DNA of 64,000 bases from an uncultured Gammaproteobacteria bacterium (GCA_963773065.1 CAVYZN010000009.1:96001-160000); one strand, 5' to 3'. Positions 21,687 through 32,358 are shown, counted from the stretch's first letter. A program made the numbers and translations. The notes: generated by a model not told the origin, from the sequence alone.

Positions 21687-22419
21687 ATGAGAAGCATTTT
21701 ACTCGACGAAAAATTGCTGCCCCGGTTTATTCGCACCGGTATTGTCAAAGCCTTGGTTACCGTCGCTCTTGCAGTCCAGTTAGTCGCCTGTGGCGGTGGT
21801 GGTGGCAGCGACACCGCATCTGGCGCCAGCACCCCCAATGTAACCTCGAACGGCTCTACTCCTGCAACCAGCAACGGCACCCCCAGCACCCCCAAGTAAC
21901 TTCGAACGGGTCTACTCCTGCAACCAGCAACGGCACCCCCAGCACCCCCAGCACCAGCCAGCACCCCCAGCACCCCCAGCACCCCCAGCACCCCCAGCAC
22001 CGCCAGCACCCCCAGCACCCCCAGCACCGCCAGCACCCCCAGCACCCACAGCACCCCCAGCACCCCCAGCACCCCCAGCACCCCCAGCACCCCAGCACCC
22101 CAGCACCCCCAGCACCCCCAACAGCAACAGCAGTGCATCATCCGCAACCGGCACTGGCAGCCTGAGTTTGAATTGGGTTGCTCCCACTACCCGTGCCGAT
22201 GGAGCCCCGCTGTCCCTGGCGGATATCGATGGTTTTCGTATCCATTACGGGATATCAAGTGGTAACTATACCAATCACGTCAATGTGGCTGACAGTACCG
22301 CACAGAAAGTGATCCTGAATAATCTTGCCGTGGGTACCTACTACATCGTCATGACGACATACGATATCAATGGGCTGGAAAGCAGCTACTCGGTGGTCGT
22401 TAAAAAGACGGTCTCCTGA
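21687..22419 (+). CDS. Lipoprotein (paralog C) with Thr-Pro-Ser stalk and C-terminal FN3-like domain; frameshifts within repeats
   Basis: VQLVAC-GGGGG lipobox; TPS repeats; GSLSLNWVAP..GFRIHYG..YYIVMTTYD..ESSYS. Confidence 0.8.
21934..22121 (+). repeat. About 20 copies of 9-bp ACCCCCAGC (Thr-Pro-Ser) VNTR, preceded by a short duplicated block (about 21828-21950)
   Basis: Directly visible; two units have CCCC instead of CCCCC. Confidence 0.92.
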
Positions 22420-22593
22420 AGGCTCATGCCGGTGATGGCGGTGTGCATTCCCCCGGGGCGTTGCTGACTGATGTGATCGGTAAACCCGGAGAATTCAGCA
22501 ATGAGCTTCCCCTGTAGGGTGCGGCTGAGGTTTGTCTGGTATTACCTTGCGCCTTTGCGGTAAGTAGTGAGTTATCACGTTTGAATCAGACTC

Positions 22594-22716
22594 ATGCTAT
22601 CAGCAAATGCCATTTCTCTTGCCATGACCGGCGCTTCCGGGGCGACGTACGGCATGCGTCTGCTGCAGTGCCTTCTGGAGGCGGGCCGTACGGTTTATCT
22701 CATGATCTCCGCACCC
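22594..22716 (+). pseudogene. ubiX: N-terminal fragment of flavin prenyltransferase UbiX
   Basis: [36 protein letters not shown] is a typical UbiX start; it runs straight into the antisense of the next gene. Confidence 0.75.
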
Positions 22717-24729
22717 GCGCCGGCCTCCCAGCCAAGCAACACTTCGCCATGCCATTCCAGTCCGACCGGTGCAACGACATCTCGTTTGACCATTTTCACA
22801 GGCGTACTTTCCTCGAGTGCATCGAGCATGGCTGCCAGCGGCGAGTCAAAATCCGGCGCGGTTCTGAGATAGGAAATCATCGGCAGGGACTGATCGACAT
22901 ACAGGTAGGAGACGGTGCCTATCCAGATGCTGGTCGCATGGTCGGTGGTTTCCACGTTGGCGGGCCAGAGCCTCAGCACCGTCATCCGGTCCGTGCCGTC
23001 GCCTTTCCTGACCAGCAGCAGTTTCTGATACTGGCCGTCATGCACCTGGTAGAGGATGGGAAGACTCGCGCTATCCGGATGCGGGGCAAGCCAGTTCATG
23101 GCACGTAGCACCCCGAATTCCGGCGCCGGTTGCCATCCCTGCTTGCCGAGTATTTCCTGCAGGTAGGCCAGTGAGCCGGCCCACTGGAAATTGAGCGGCT
23201 GTCTGTTCACGCCCTCGATGTCGATCCGGTAGACCGGCAACTCCCGCCAATAGCCATCCCGCCAGTCCGTCAGGGTGACGGTTTCCATTTCCATGTGTGG
23301 TGCATAGTGCGCGAGATCCTGCTCGTACCGGAATTGCATCTGCCAGGCGCCCGCCGACAACAGGACGGCGAATACAACCGCCAGCAGCCGTTTCAAGGGT
23401 AACGCGGGCGCCGGATGCCGGTCGTAGGCAATGCCGAACAGGGTGACCCAGAACAGTCCCACGCTGGCGCCGCCCAGGACGTCGGAAAGCCAGTGCACGC
23501 CCAGATAGATGCGGGAAAAGGCCATGGCGACGACCAGGATGCCAGCCATGGTGTAGGGCAGCCAGCGGCGTCTGAACGGGAGTTCACGGGCAATCAGCAG
23601 CGCCAGGAATCCAAAGACGGCAAGGCTCATGCTGACGTGCGCACTGGGGAAGGAAAAGCCGCTCTGGAAATCCACCGGGCGTTCCATCCTGGTCGAGTAT
23701 TTAAGCGTATAGGTCATGATGCCGGTGCAGACATACGCCGCCAGCCAGTGGAGGGCGGCCTTGCGATAGCCTTTCCAGAGCAGCCACAGGCTCCCCGTCA
23801 CCAGCATGATCGCCAGCAGCGTTTGCTTCCCGAAAAGGCTGACAAAGGTCATTACCTGGTCGACCCCCGGCGTGCGCAGATTCTGCAGGAAGTGGAAGAG
23901 GTAATTATCCAGATCCCCCATGAATCGCCCCTGTAGGGTCTGGCGGGTGACGAGGAGCAGTACCCAGAAGGCCAGGAACAACAGGCCGAGGAGTATGGCG
24001 AGGCCGCGTGCCTCAGGGTGATCAGGATCAAGCAATGAGCCCGCCAGAGGGCGTATACGCGGGTGTTTGCGGCTCCAGGTCAATGCGCTCTCCACGGCGG
24101 CCGAGGCGTGTGGCTGCAGCAGGCGCCAGATGCCGCGTATCAACGAGATGCTCAGCCAGATGATCACCACCAGCATGACCAGCAATACGACCAGGCGACC
24201 TGCCACCTCGGCTGCCAGTCCCAGCGAGGCGCCGAATGCTACGCCGGGCAGGATACAAACCGGCGCCCAGAGCAGGGAGGCGATGACATCCACCAGCAGG
24301 AAGCGGCCGATGCCCATGTCCATCATGCCGGCAATGGCCGGAACGATGGGCCGCACCGGGCCGATAAAGCGCGCCATGAATACGCTTTTCCCGCCGTGGA
24401 GGCAGAAAAACTCTACACCCCGATTCACCAGTGCGGGGTAGCGCTTCAATGGCCAGACGTCACGCAGTCGTTGATGAAAATGGCTGCCGATCAGAAAACT
24501 GATAGTATCGCCGGTGACGGCGCCGATGGCCGTCCATATAATGGTAGGTATCAGTTGCAGCGCCCCGGTAGTGATCACGCGCGCCCATACCGAACAGCAG
24601 TATCGAGCCGGGGATCAGCAGGCCGACGACAAGCAACGATTCCAGCAGGGCAACCACAAAGACCAGCGCAGAGGAAAGATACGGGTGCAACGCTATCCAG
24701 GCGAGCAGATCCTGCAGTAGGTTATCCAT
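22695..24729 (-). CDS. Bifunctional DedA / PAP2 phosphatase membrane protein (LssY-like C-terminus); frameshift near 24580
   Basis: [29 protein letters not shown] (DedA); [25 protein letters not shown] (PAP2); QPLNFQWAG. Confidence 0.88.
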
Positions 24730-24776
24730 ATCAACCGGCTTCCTTTCGGTAAGCTGCGCGTGCGATGATTCTGGTC

Positions 24777-26061
24777 TTATCGCAGAGTTCTGAATACCTG
24801 TGTCGCGGCACTCCAGCGTCGCATCGATTACGCTGTCGGTATGGCTTGACGAGACAAAACCGGCTTCATAGGCCGACGGCGCCAGATACACACCGGCCTG
24901 CAACATGCCGTGATAGAAGCGCTGGAAAGTCGCCAGGTCGCAGCGGGTGACCTGGTCAAAGCGGGTAATGGGTCTTTCGATGGTGAAGAAATATCCGAAC
25001 ATTCCGCCGACCTGGTTGGTGCTGAATCCTATGCCGGCGGCATCGGCCTGCGCCTGCAGCCCCTCGACCAGCCGTTTTGCCGCGGCATTCAGTCGCGCAT
25101 GAAACCCCTCGGCCATGGACAGTTCCAGCGTGGCCAGTCCGGCCGCCAGGGCCACGGGATTGCCGGAGAGTGTCCCGGCCTGATACACCGGTCCGAGAGG
25201 CGCGATCCGTTCCATGATGTCCCGGCGTCCGCCAAAAGCTCCGACCGGCAGGCCGCCCCCGATGATTTTGCCCAGCGTGGTGAGATCGGGTCTTATGCCG
25301 TAATACGCCTGCGCGCCGCCGGCCGCGACCCGGAAACCGGTCATGACCTCATCGAAGATCAGCACGCTGCCATGCCGGTCACACAGCTCGCGCAGGCCTT
25401 CGAGAAAGCCTGGCACCGGCGGGATGCAGTTCATGTTGCCCGCCACCGGTTCCACAATCACCGCGGCGATTTTTTTTCCGGCCAGTTCGAATGCCTGTCG
25501 AACGCCGTCGATGTCGTTATAGGTCAGCGTCATGGTGTGTTCCGCGACTGAGGCGGGTACCCCCGGCGAAGTCGGCACGCCGAGCGTCAGCGTGCCGGAG
25601 CCCGCCTTGACCAGCAGCGCATCGGAATGGCCGTGATAGCAGCCTTCAAACTTGACGATCTTGTCACGCCCGGTAAAGCCGCGGGCCAGACGGATCGCGC
25701 TCATGGTCGCTTCGGTTCCCGAGCTGACCAGGCGCACCATGTCCATCGAAGGCACCAGGGCGCACAGCCTATTCGCCATGCGCGTCTCGATCTCCGTGGG
25801 CGCACCATAGCCCAGACCCCGCGCGGCGGCCTCCTGTACGGCACGGATGACGGCCGGATGGGCATGACCGGCGATCATCGGCCCCCAGGAGGCGACGTAG
25901 TCGATGTAGCGTTTGCCATCGACATCGACCAGGTAGGGTCCCGCGCCGCTGGCAAAAAACACCGGTTCGCCACCGACGCCGCGGAAGGCGCGTACCGGCG
26001 AGTTCACGCCGCCCGGAATGCGCTCACAGGCCGCCTGGAAATCGTCATGAGATCGGGTCAT
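24777..26061 (-). CDS. hemL: Glutamate-1-semialdehyde 2,1-aminomutase; frameshift near the 3' end
   Basis: [59 protein letters not shown]. Confidence 0.96.
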
Positions 26062-26147
26062 GTGTGGGGTCCTTCTTTCTTGTTTATCACCGGGCCAAGC
26101 TTACCTGCCGTCGCGGGCCGGGCAAACAGCAATTTTATCAGCAGGGT

Positions 26148-26787
26148 TCAATGCTGAAAGGTGAAGAGTGCGGCATACGCCTGCGCCGCCGCCTTGATAT
26201 CGGGCTGGCCAAACACGCCGTGGATGACGGCCAGCAGGTCGGCGCCGGCATTGATGAGTTCGGCGCCGTTTTCCGGAGTGATGCCGCCGATGGCGGCGAT
26301 GGGCAGATCGATCTCCTTGCGCGACTGCGTGAGCAGCGCCGGCTGCGCCGCGTACGGTTTCCGGTTTGGTACGGGAGGGGAAGAACCGCCCGAAAGCCAC
26401 GTAGCTGGCGCCCATGCTGGCGGCCGCTCGGGCGCGCTCCAGTTGGTTGTAGCAGGAAACACCGATAATCGCTTGTGGTCCCAGCCGCCGCCGCGCCTGA
26501 CCGACAGGAGCGTCATTCTGCCCGAGATGCACCCCGGCGGCGGCGCTTGCCGCGGCCAGTTCGATATCATCGTTGATGATCAAGGGTATTCCCCTCTCGC
26601 GACACAGCATTACCAGTGTCTGCGCTTCACGGCCGCGCTCCTCCCGGGAGAGGAATTTCTCGCGGTACTGTATCAGCACGGCGCCCCCGTCGATGGCCTG
26701 TGCAACCCGTGCGATCAGGTTCCCGCGGGGGATCCGTTCACTGTCGGTAATGGCATACAGCCCGCGGGGCAGCGCCGATCCGCTCAT
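26148..26787 (-). CDS. thiE: Thiamine-phosphate synthase; frameshift near 26350
   Basis: GLYAITD, QYREK, LIINDD, GVHLGQND, GVSCY, FPSRTKP, AIGGI. Confidence 0.92.
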
Positions 26788-27594
26788 TCAGTCCTCGTCG
26801 TTGCCGGCCCAGAAGAAGCGATGGGGGAGGTGCTGGCCCAGTCCCGGACGGTAACCGTGGCGCAACGCATTCCAGGTATAGTCCTGGGCCTCGTGTATGG
26901 CGGAAAACGGTTCCAAGCCCTGCGCCAGCAGGCCGGCGATGCTCGCCGCCAGGGTACAGCCGGACCCGTGGTAGCTGTGCGGCAGGCGTTCCCAGGTAAA
27001 GGTCTCCAGGAGCCGCTTGCCGCCGTACAGGCGGTTGATGACGTGGGGTGTGTTTTCGTGGCTGCCGGTCACCAGCACGTAGTCGACGCCGTGGTCCAGC
27101 AAGGCCAGACCGCAGGCTTCCAGGGTATCCGCCTCGGGGGCCAGGGCGCGCGCCTCCGGACCATTAGGGGTGAGGATGGTGGTGACCGGAAGCAGCAGCG
27201 CCTGCAATGCCTCGATCAACTCCTGACCGCCCAGATCCGTTCCATGCCCCGAAGCCAGCACCGGGTCGAAAACGACCGGTATTTCCGGGTAATCCATCAG
27301 GATGCTATGGACCGCTTCGGTATTTTCGATGCTGCCCAGCATGCCGATTTTGAATACGGCAACCGGCATGTCTTCCAGTATCGCACGCGCCTGGGCGATG
27401 ACCTGTGTGGCATCCACGGCCGTGAATCCGGACACGTCCTGGGTGTCCTGGACCGTCAGCGCCGTGACCACCGTGGCCGCATGACTGCCCTGGCTGGCGA
27501 CGGACTCGATGTCGGCCTGCAGGCCGGCCCCGCCGCTCGGATCATGACCGGCGAATACCAGTACGACGGGGATAGGTCTCGTGGTGGATGTCAT
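26788..27594 (-). CDS. thiD: Hydroxymethylpyrimidine/phosphomethylpyrimidine kinase
   Basis: AGHDPSGGAGLQAD, KIGML, DPV, LTPN, HGSGCTLA. Confidence 0.92.
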   Translation of the reverse strand: MTSTTRPIPVVLVFAGHDPSGGAGLQADIESVASQGSHAATVVTALTVQDTQDVSGFTAVDATQVIAQARAILEDMPVAVFKIGMLGSIENTEAVHSILMDYPEIPVVFDPVLASGHGTDLGGQELIEALQALLLPVTTILTPNGPEARALAPEADTLEACGLALLDHGVDYVLVTGSHENTPHVINRLYGGKRLLETFTWERLPHSYHGSGCTLAASIAGLLAQGLEPFSAIHEAQDYTWNALRHGYRPGLGQHLPHRFFWAGNDED

Positions 27595-27709
27595 GTTCTG
27601 AACGTCAGACGCAAAGCGTGAACCGTGGAACGCCATGCCTTACAAATAGCCATGGCATGCGCTGAATAATACAGTATCCGCATCGAGTCAAATCCGGGCA
27701 TTGCACTGA

Positions 27710-27886
27710 GAGCCTGTGAAAATATCGCCAGCCTGCTGCGGACGCCGCTTTGCGGCTGCGGCGGCGTTGCGCCACGCGAAAACTTCGGTCATTTGGCTCG
27801 CCAAACTCCCTTGTTTTCGCGCAGCGCGCCTTGCCTCGCACGCCAATCGACGCCCTCGCGACGGCCGTCGATATTTTCACAGGCTC
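27710..27886. mobile_element. 177-bp non-autonomous MITE, probably IS5-related
   Basis: Perfect 18-bp terminal IR GAGCCTGTGAAAATATCG flanked by TGA on both sides; no coding capacity. Confidence 0.8.
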
Positions 27887-28035
27887 TGAGCCGTATACAC
27901 CCGCGTCCCATGCCGATTGTATGAGGCTGTTCCTAATTCTAGCACCGCGGGTGTGTTGTTTTTCCGGTTCCATAGGAGGTATACAATGCCCGGCAAGGCG
28001 GTATCCTGCCATGAATCCAGATGAGGTTATGTGTA

Positions 28036-28209
28036 ATGAGTTTGCCCAAGGAATACGTGTGTGTCGTATGCGGATACGTCTACAGTGAAGCCGACGGTCT
28101 GCCCGATGAGAGTTTCCCGCCGGGGACCCGTTGGGAGGATATCCCGCCGAACTGGGTGTGTCCGGAATGCGGCGCCGCCAAGGAAGATTTTGAAATGGTC
28201 GAAGTCTGA
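28036..28209 (+). CDS. Rubredoxin
   Basis: CVVCGYVY...[25 protein letters not shown]. Confidence 0.95.
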   Translation: MSLPKEYVCVVCGYVYSEADGLPDESFPPGTRWEDIPPNWVCPECGAAKEDFEMVEV

Positions 28210-28319
28210 GATCTGGCAGGCAGCGATTTTTTTACTAGAATCATTGGTACTCACTCCCTATGAATAGGTATTGGCGGCAGATTGACTGCAATGACCGGAG
28301 TCCTCGCGGATATGACCTG

Positions 28320-28832
28320 ATGTTGACCATTTCTGAAAAACTGACTGAAATGGCGGGAGCCGCGGAAGCGTACTGCGGTTTGATCGAAAACCACCAATAT
28401 ACCGATGGGCGCTGGCTGGTCGATTTATGCAGGATCCTACCCCGGCTGCATTCTGCGGTCATGGCGTTGAATGCCAATGATCACGATGAGGTACTGGGTC
28501 CCGAGGTCGATCTGGATGAACGTTTCGAGCTTTACACCCGTTTGCGCCAGACTTTGGGCGAACGCGACAGATATTGGCTCGAGTTTGATGAATCTCCTGA
28601 CCGGTTGCACATGTCCGGCAGTCTGGCGGATGATCTGACCGATATCTTTTTCGATCTGCAGTACGGGCTTGACTTGCTTGAGGAGGCATGGCCGCAACGT
28701 GCCGCCCAGGTCTGGCAATCGACCTACCGCCGGCATTGGGGCCAGCACCTCGTCGACGCCGAACGTCATCTTTATGCGCTCAAGGTTCGTAATCAGTTGA
28801 CCCCGGCTGATTACCCCCTGGAAATGGGATAA
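28320..28832 (+). CDS. DUF5063-like hypothetical protein
   Basis: GSLADDLTDIFFDL..GL, HWGQHLVDA motifs recalled from that family. Confidence 0.6.
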   Translation: MLTISEKLTEMAGAAEAYCGLIENHQYTDGRWLVDLCRILPRLHSAVMALNANDHDEVLGPEVDLDERFELYTRLRQTLGERDRYWLEFDESPDRLHMSGSLADDLTDIFFDLQYGLDLLEEAWPQRAAQVWQSTYRRHWGQHLVDAERHLYALKVRNQLTPADYPLEMG

Positions 28833-29123
28833 ACGCCTGTCAGGATATCCCGTCAGGATATGATTGATCCTGGCAAGAAGCGTTGGCGTCGGGTCGTATG
28901 CTTGTACCGCAGAGTAACAGAGACTTCCCCACGCCTCCGCGTCGCCCGGACGGAAACTGGACGTGTGAAATAAGAGGGTTTCCGCACTGTCAGGATCTCG
29001 TCATTCCCCGCGCACTGCATGATGTTGCTGACCGGACCTGAAAATAGACCCGGAAATAGCGTATATTCTACCCATCGCGAGTGCGTGACGCAGAACATAG
29101 GCGAAGGCAAGGTGAAGAAGCAT

Positions 29124-29546
29124 ATGATGAGAAAATTACCCAATGAACAGGGTTTTACATTGATCGAGGTAATGGTGGTCGTGGTCATCCTCGGGATACT
29201 GGCCGCGATTCTGGTGCCGAAGGTGATGGATCGCCCGGAGCAGGCGCGCATGACCAAGGCGCGCCAGGATATCCGGGCGTTGGAGGCCGCGCTCAATCTC
29301 TACAAGCTGGATAACTATGTTTATCCAACTACCGACCAGGGACTGGAAGCCCTGGTAGAGAAGCCGTCCTCACCCGAACCGCCGAACTGGAAGGAAGGCG
29401 GCTACGTGGACCGTCTGCCGGTCGATCCCTGGAAGCAGCCTTACCAATACCTCAGTCCGGGTGGGCACGGGTCGATCGACATCTATTCACTCGGGCCTGA
29501 CCAGACGCCCAGTGAGGATGACGTCGGTAACTGGGAACTGCAATAG
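29124..29546 (+). CDS. gspG: T2SS major pseudopilin
   Basis: GFTLIEVMVVVVILGILA, YKLDN..YPTTDQGLEALV, LPVDPW. Confidence 0.95.
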   Translation: MMRKLPNEQGFTLIEVMVVVVILGILAAILVPKVMDRPEQARMTKARQDIRALEAALNLYKLDNYVYPTTDQGLEALVEKPSSPEPPNWKEGGYVDRLPVDPWKQPYQYLSPGGHGSIDIYSLGPDQTPSEDDVGNWELQ

Positions 29547-29789
29547 AGACTCGTAGTCAATCCAGGTGCCGTCCGGGTCAAGTGCTTGAAGCATGCAAAC
29601 GAGCCCGTTCCCTTTGGGGGAAGCTGGCCGTGAGTGAGGGGATAAGATCACTCAAACGACCCTTAAACGCACCATGGGTGTTCCTGGGGTAGAGGGATGC
29701 CAGCCATGCTGAAACAGATAGCCACATCCCATGCGCCACGATCGTTTCCGTCCACTCGCCGCCTGCAGATCCTGGTAAAGGGTGGGACC

Positions 29790-30311
29790 GGGTTTTCCGG
29801 TTCAGTCGCGGGTTTACCCTGCTGGAAATCATGGTGGTTCTGGTTCTTATCGGGATCATTTTCAGCTTTGCCGTCCTGTCCCTTGGCAGGAATGATCTAG
29901 CCGAGGCGATGGAGCGTGAAACCCGCCGGCTCGTGACGCTGATCAACTTGGCCAATGATGAGGCCGTGATACGCGGCGAGGAACTGGCCATCCATTTTAC
30001 CGAGAAAGGTTATACCTTCCTGGTCTTGCAGGCCGAAGGCTGGCGGGAGCTCGAGGACGATCGCTTGCTGAAGTCCCACAAGCTGCCCGCGGGAATCAGC
30101 GTTAAGATCGAGGTTGAAGGGGATCCTCCGGCTATGGGTCAACCGAAGAAGAAAAGCTGAGGAGAGTGAGACCCCGCAAGTCTATATCCTTTCGAGCGGC
30201 GAGATGACCCCGTTCTCGGCCACCATCGCGGCGGAGCAGAGCCAGCGGCGTTACCACCTTACGGCATCGATGCTGGGCGTGCTGGACTGGGAAGCGGAGA
30301 AGACCTTTTGA
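29790..30311 (+). CDS. gspH: T2SS minor pseudopilin H; start uncertain, frameshift near 30155
   Basis: RGFTLLEIMVVLVLIG N-terminus; PQVYILSSGEMTPF C-terminus in the shifted frame. Confidence 0.88.
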
Positions 30312-30688
30312 GGCGGCGGCGAATCAGGGGGTTTACCCTGCTTGAGGTCATGGTCGCCCTGGCCGTTCTGGCACTGACCATGGGGGCCGTGATCAAGGCC
30401 GTCGGGGGCTACACCGGCAATCAGGCGTATCTGCGTGACCGGACGCTGGCCACCTGGGTTGCCCGCAATGTTCTGGTCGATCAGCAACTGAAAGATGCCT
30501 GGCCCAGCGTGGGTGAACTCAAGGGTACCACCGAGATGGGTGACCGGGAATGGCGCTGGCTTGCGACCGTTTCCCAGACCGATGAGGAGGATCTGCGCCG
30601 GCTGGATGTCGAGGTGCGGCCGATCGATGCGCAGGACGCCGGGCCGATCGCCGTGCTGGGCGGTTTTCTCCGGCGGCCCGAACAATGA
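30308..30688 (+). CDS. gspI: T2SS minor pseudopilin I
   Basis: GFTLLEVMVALAVLA, LRDRTLATWVARN. Confidence 0.92.
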   Translation: MRRRRIRGFTLLEVMVALAVLALTMGAVIKAVGGYTGNQAYLRDRTLATWVARNVLVDQQLKDAWPSVGELKGTTEMGDREWRWLATVSQTDEEDLRRLDVEVRPIDAQDAGPIAVLGGFLRRPEQ

Positions 30689-31302
30689 CACAAGTCATCC
30701 GGAATAAAACCCCCGCGGGGTTTACGCTGCTGGAACTGCTGGTGGCGCTGGCCATCTTCAGCCTTATCGCGGTGATGGCTTACGGTGGCCTGGAAACGGT
30801 GTTGAAGCAGAAAACCTTGACCGAGGAAAACGCGAACAGCCTGGCGACGCTGCAGAAAACCTACCTCCTCATGCAGCGGGATATCGAACAGGCCGTGCCG
30901 CGCACGATCCGGGATGAATTCGGCGACCAGCAGAGCCCCTTGATCGGTACGACCCAGTTTCAGTTCACCCGGGGCGGCTGGAACAATCCCGCCAACCATA
31001 CGCGCAGCACCCTGCAGCGTGTCGGTTACGCGCTGCAAGACCAGCAGGTGAACCGGTATGCCTGGCAGATGCTGGATCGTGCGCAGGACAGCGAGCCAAC
31101 GCGCCAGGCCCTGACCGGCGACATCGAGAGCATGCAGGTGCGCTATCTCAATGAAGCGGGCGCCTGGCAGGAGCAATGGCCCCCCACCATCACCGAAAAC
31201 AATCCCGACGCCAATCCGATGGATTTCCCCCGGGCCATTGAAATCACGCTTAAGCATCGGCGATTCGGCACCCTCATCTGGTTATTCCAATTGCCGCGAT
31301 GA
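30685..31302 (+). CDS. gspJ: T2SS minor pseudopilin J
   Basis: GFTLLELLVALAIFS, TRGGWNNP, RSTLQRVGY. Confidence 0.93.
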   Translation: MTQVIRNKTPAGFTLLELLVALAIFSLIAVMAYGGLETVLKQKTLTEENANSLATLQKTYLLMQRDIEQAVPRTIRDEFGDQQSPLIGTTQFQFTRGGWNNPANHTRSTLQRVGYALQDQQVNRYAWQMLDRAQDSEPTRQALTGDIESMQVRYLNEAGAWQEQWPPTITENNPDANPMDFPRAIEITLKHRRFGTLIWLFQLPR

Positions 31303-32300
31303 GCCGCCTATGCCAGATCGCGGCTGACCGGCCGTGCGGATCGCGACAACACGGTGTCGCCCTGGTCACGGCCCTGCTGGTGGTGAGCCTGGTCACGGTG
31401 CTTGCGGTGGCCATGGCCACCCACCAGCAAGTCGACGTTCGGCTGACCGGCAACCTTGTGCACGGGGAGCAGGCCTATGCCTACGCCCTGGCCGCGGAAA
31501 GCTGGGCGCGGGTCATCCTGCGCCGTGATGAGAGCGAAAGTGATCATGATTCGCTGGATGAGGACTGGGCCACGGCCTTGCCGCCCATCGCCGTGGAGGG
31601 TGGGCAGGTGAGCGGCAAGATCGAGGACCTGCAAGGGCGTTTCAACATCAACAATCTGGTGATGCCGGACGGCACAGTCAGCGAGGCGGACCTGGCGTAT
31701 TTTCAGCGTCTGCTGGAAATCCTGAATCTGGAACCGACGCTGGCGGATGCCCTGATCGACTGGATCGACGCTGATATCAATGTCAGGTTCCCCGATGGCG
31801 CCGAGGATGAGAATTACCTGAACGGGGCGGTTCCGTACCGCACGGCCAACCGCCCCCTGGTCAGTAGCAGCGAGTTGCGCCTGGTGAAGGGATTCGATCA
31901 AACTGCCGTGCAGTTACTCGCGCCCTACGTGACGGCGCTGGCGCAGCGGACGCACCTAAACGTGAATACGGCGCCGCCGCTCGTGTTACTGGCATTGCAT
32001 AAGGACTTGACCATGAGCGATGTTCAGGCGTTGATAACCGGCCGCGGGGAAACCGGATACCCGACCACCGAGGCTTTCCTCGGGCAGGAAGCGCTTGCCG
32101 GGCGTGAGCTGAATGTGTCGATTGCCGTCAAGAGTAATTACTTCCTGGTCCACACCGATGTGCTCGTGGGCGAGAGCCAGGCACACCTTGAGAGTCTGCT
32201 GGCGCGTGATAAAGGCAAGACCCGGATTCTGTATCGTCTCAGGACGCCGATCCGGGTTGAGCAGGCGCCGCAGGGCGATTCGCCCGGTATGCACGAATGA
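31299..32300 (+). CDS. gspK: T2SS minor pseudopilin K
   Basis: GVALVTALLVV, DLQGRFNINNL, DWIDAD, SELRLVKG, LNVNTA. Confidence 0.93.
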   Translation: MSRLCQIAADRPCGSRQHGVALVTALLVVSLVTVLAVAMATHQQVDVRLTGNLVHGEQAYAYALAAESWARVILRRDESESDHDSLDEDWATALPPIAVEGGQVSGKIEDLQGRFNINNLVMPDGTVSEADLAYFQRLLEILNLEPTLADALIDWIDADINVRFPDGAEDENYLNGAVPYRTANRPLVSSSELRLVKGFDQTAVQLLAPYVTALAQRTHLNVNTAPPLVLLALHKDLTMSDVQALITGRGETGYPTTEAFLGQEALAGRELNVSIAVKSNYFLVHTDVLVGESQAHLESLLARDKGKTRILYRLRTPIRVEQAPQGDSPGMHE

Positions 32301-32358
32301 TTGATCCGGAAGTGTTTTTTGGTAGGATGGGAGACCTTGTGGAAAGGGGGCACCGGTA

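Noticed and set aside
21419-22187. Minus-strand ORFs with GVL, GCW or GGA repeats (collagen-like or Cys-rich peptides)
   Set aside because: Antisense readings of the ACCCCCAGC VNTR; the plus strand has the promoter, lipobox and FN3 domain
24460-26061. HemL-DedA fusion suggested by the 533-aa ORF
   Set aside because: A single indel near 24810 bypasses the natural hemL stop at 24777; dedA has its own start at 24729
26161-27621. 486-aa plus-strand ORF and similar long antisense ORFs (39181-40365, 16429-17298, 56185-56970)
   Set aside because: Shadows of well-supported GC-rich genes on the opposite strand, with no recognisable motifs
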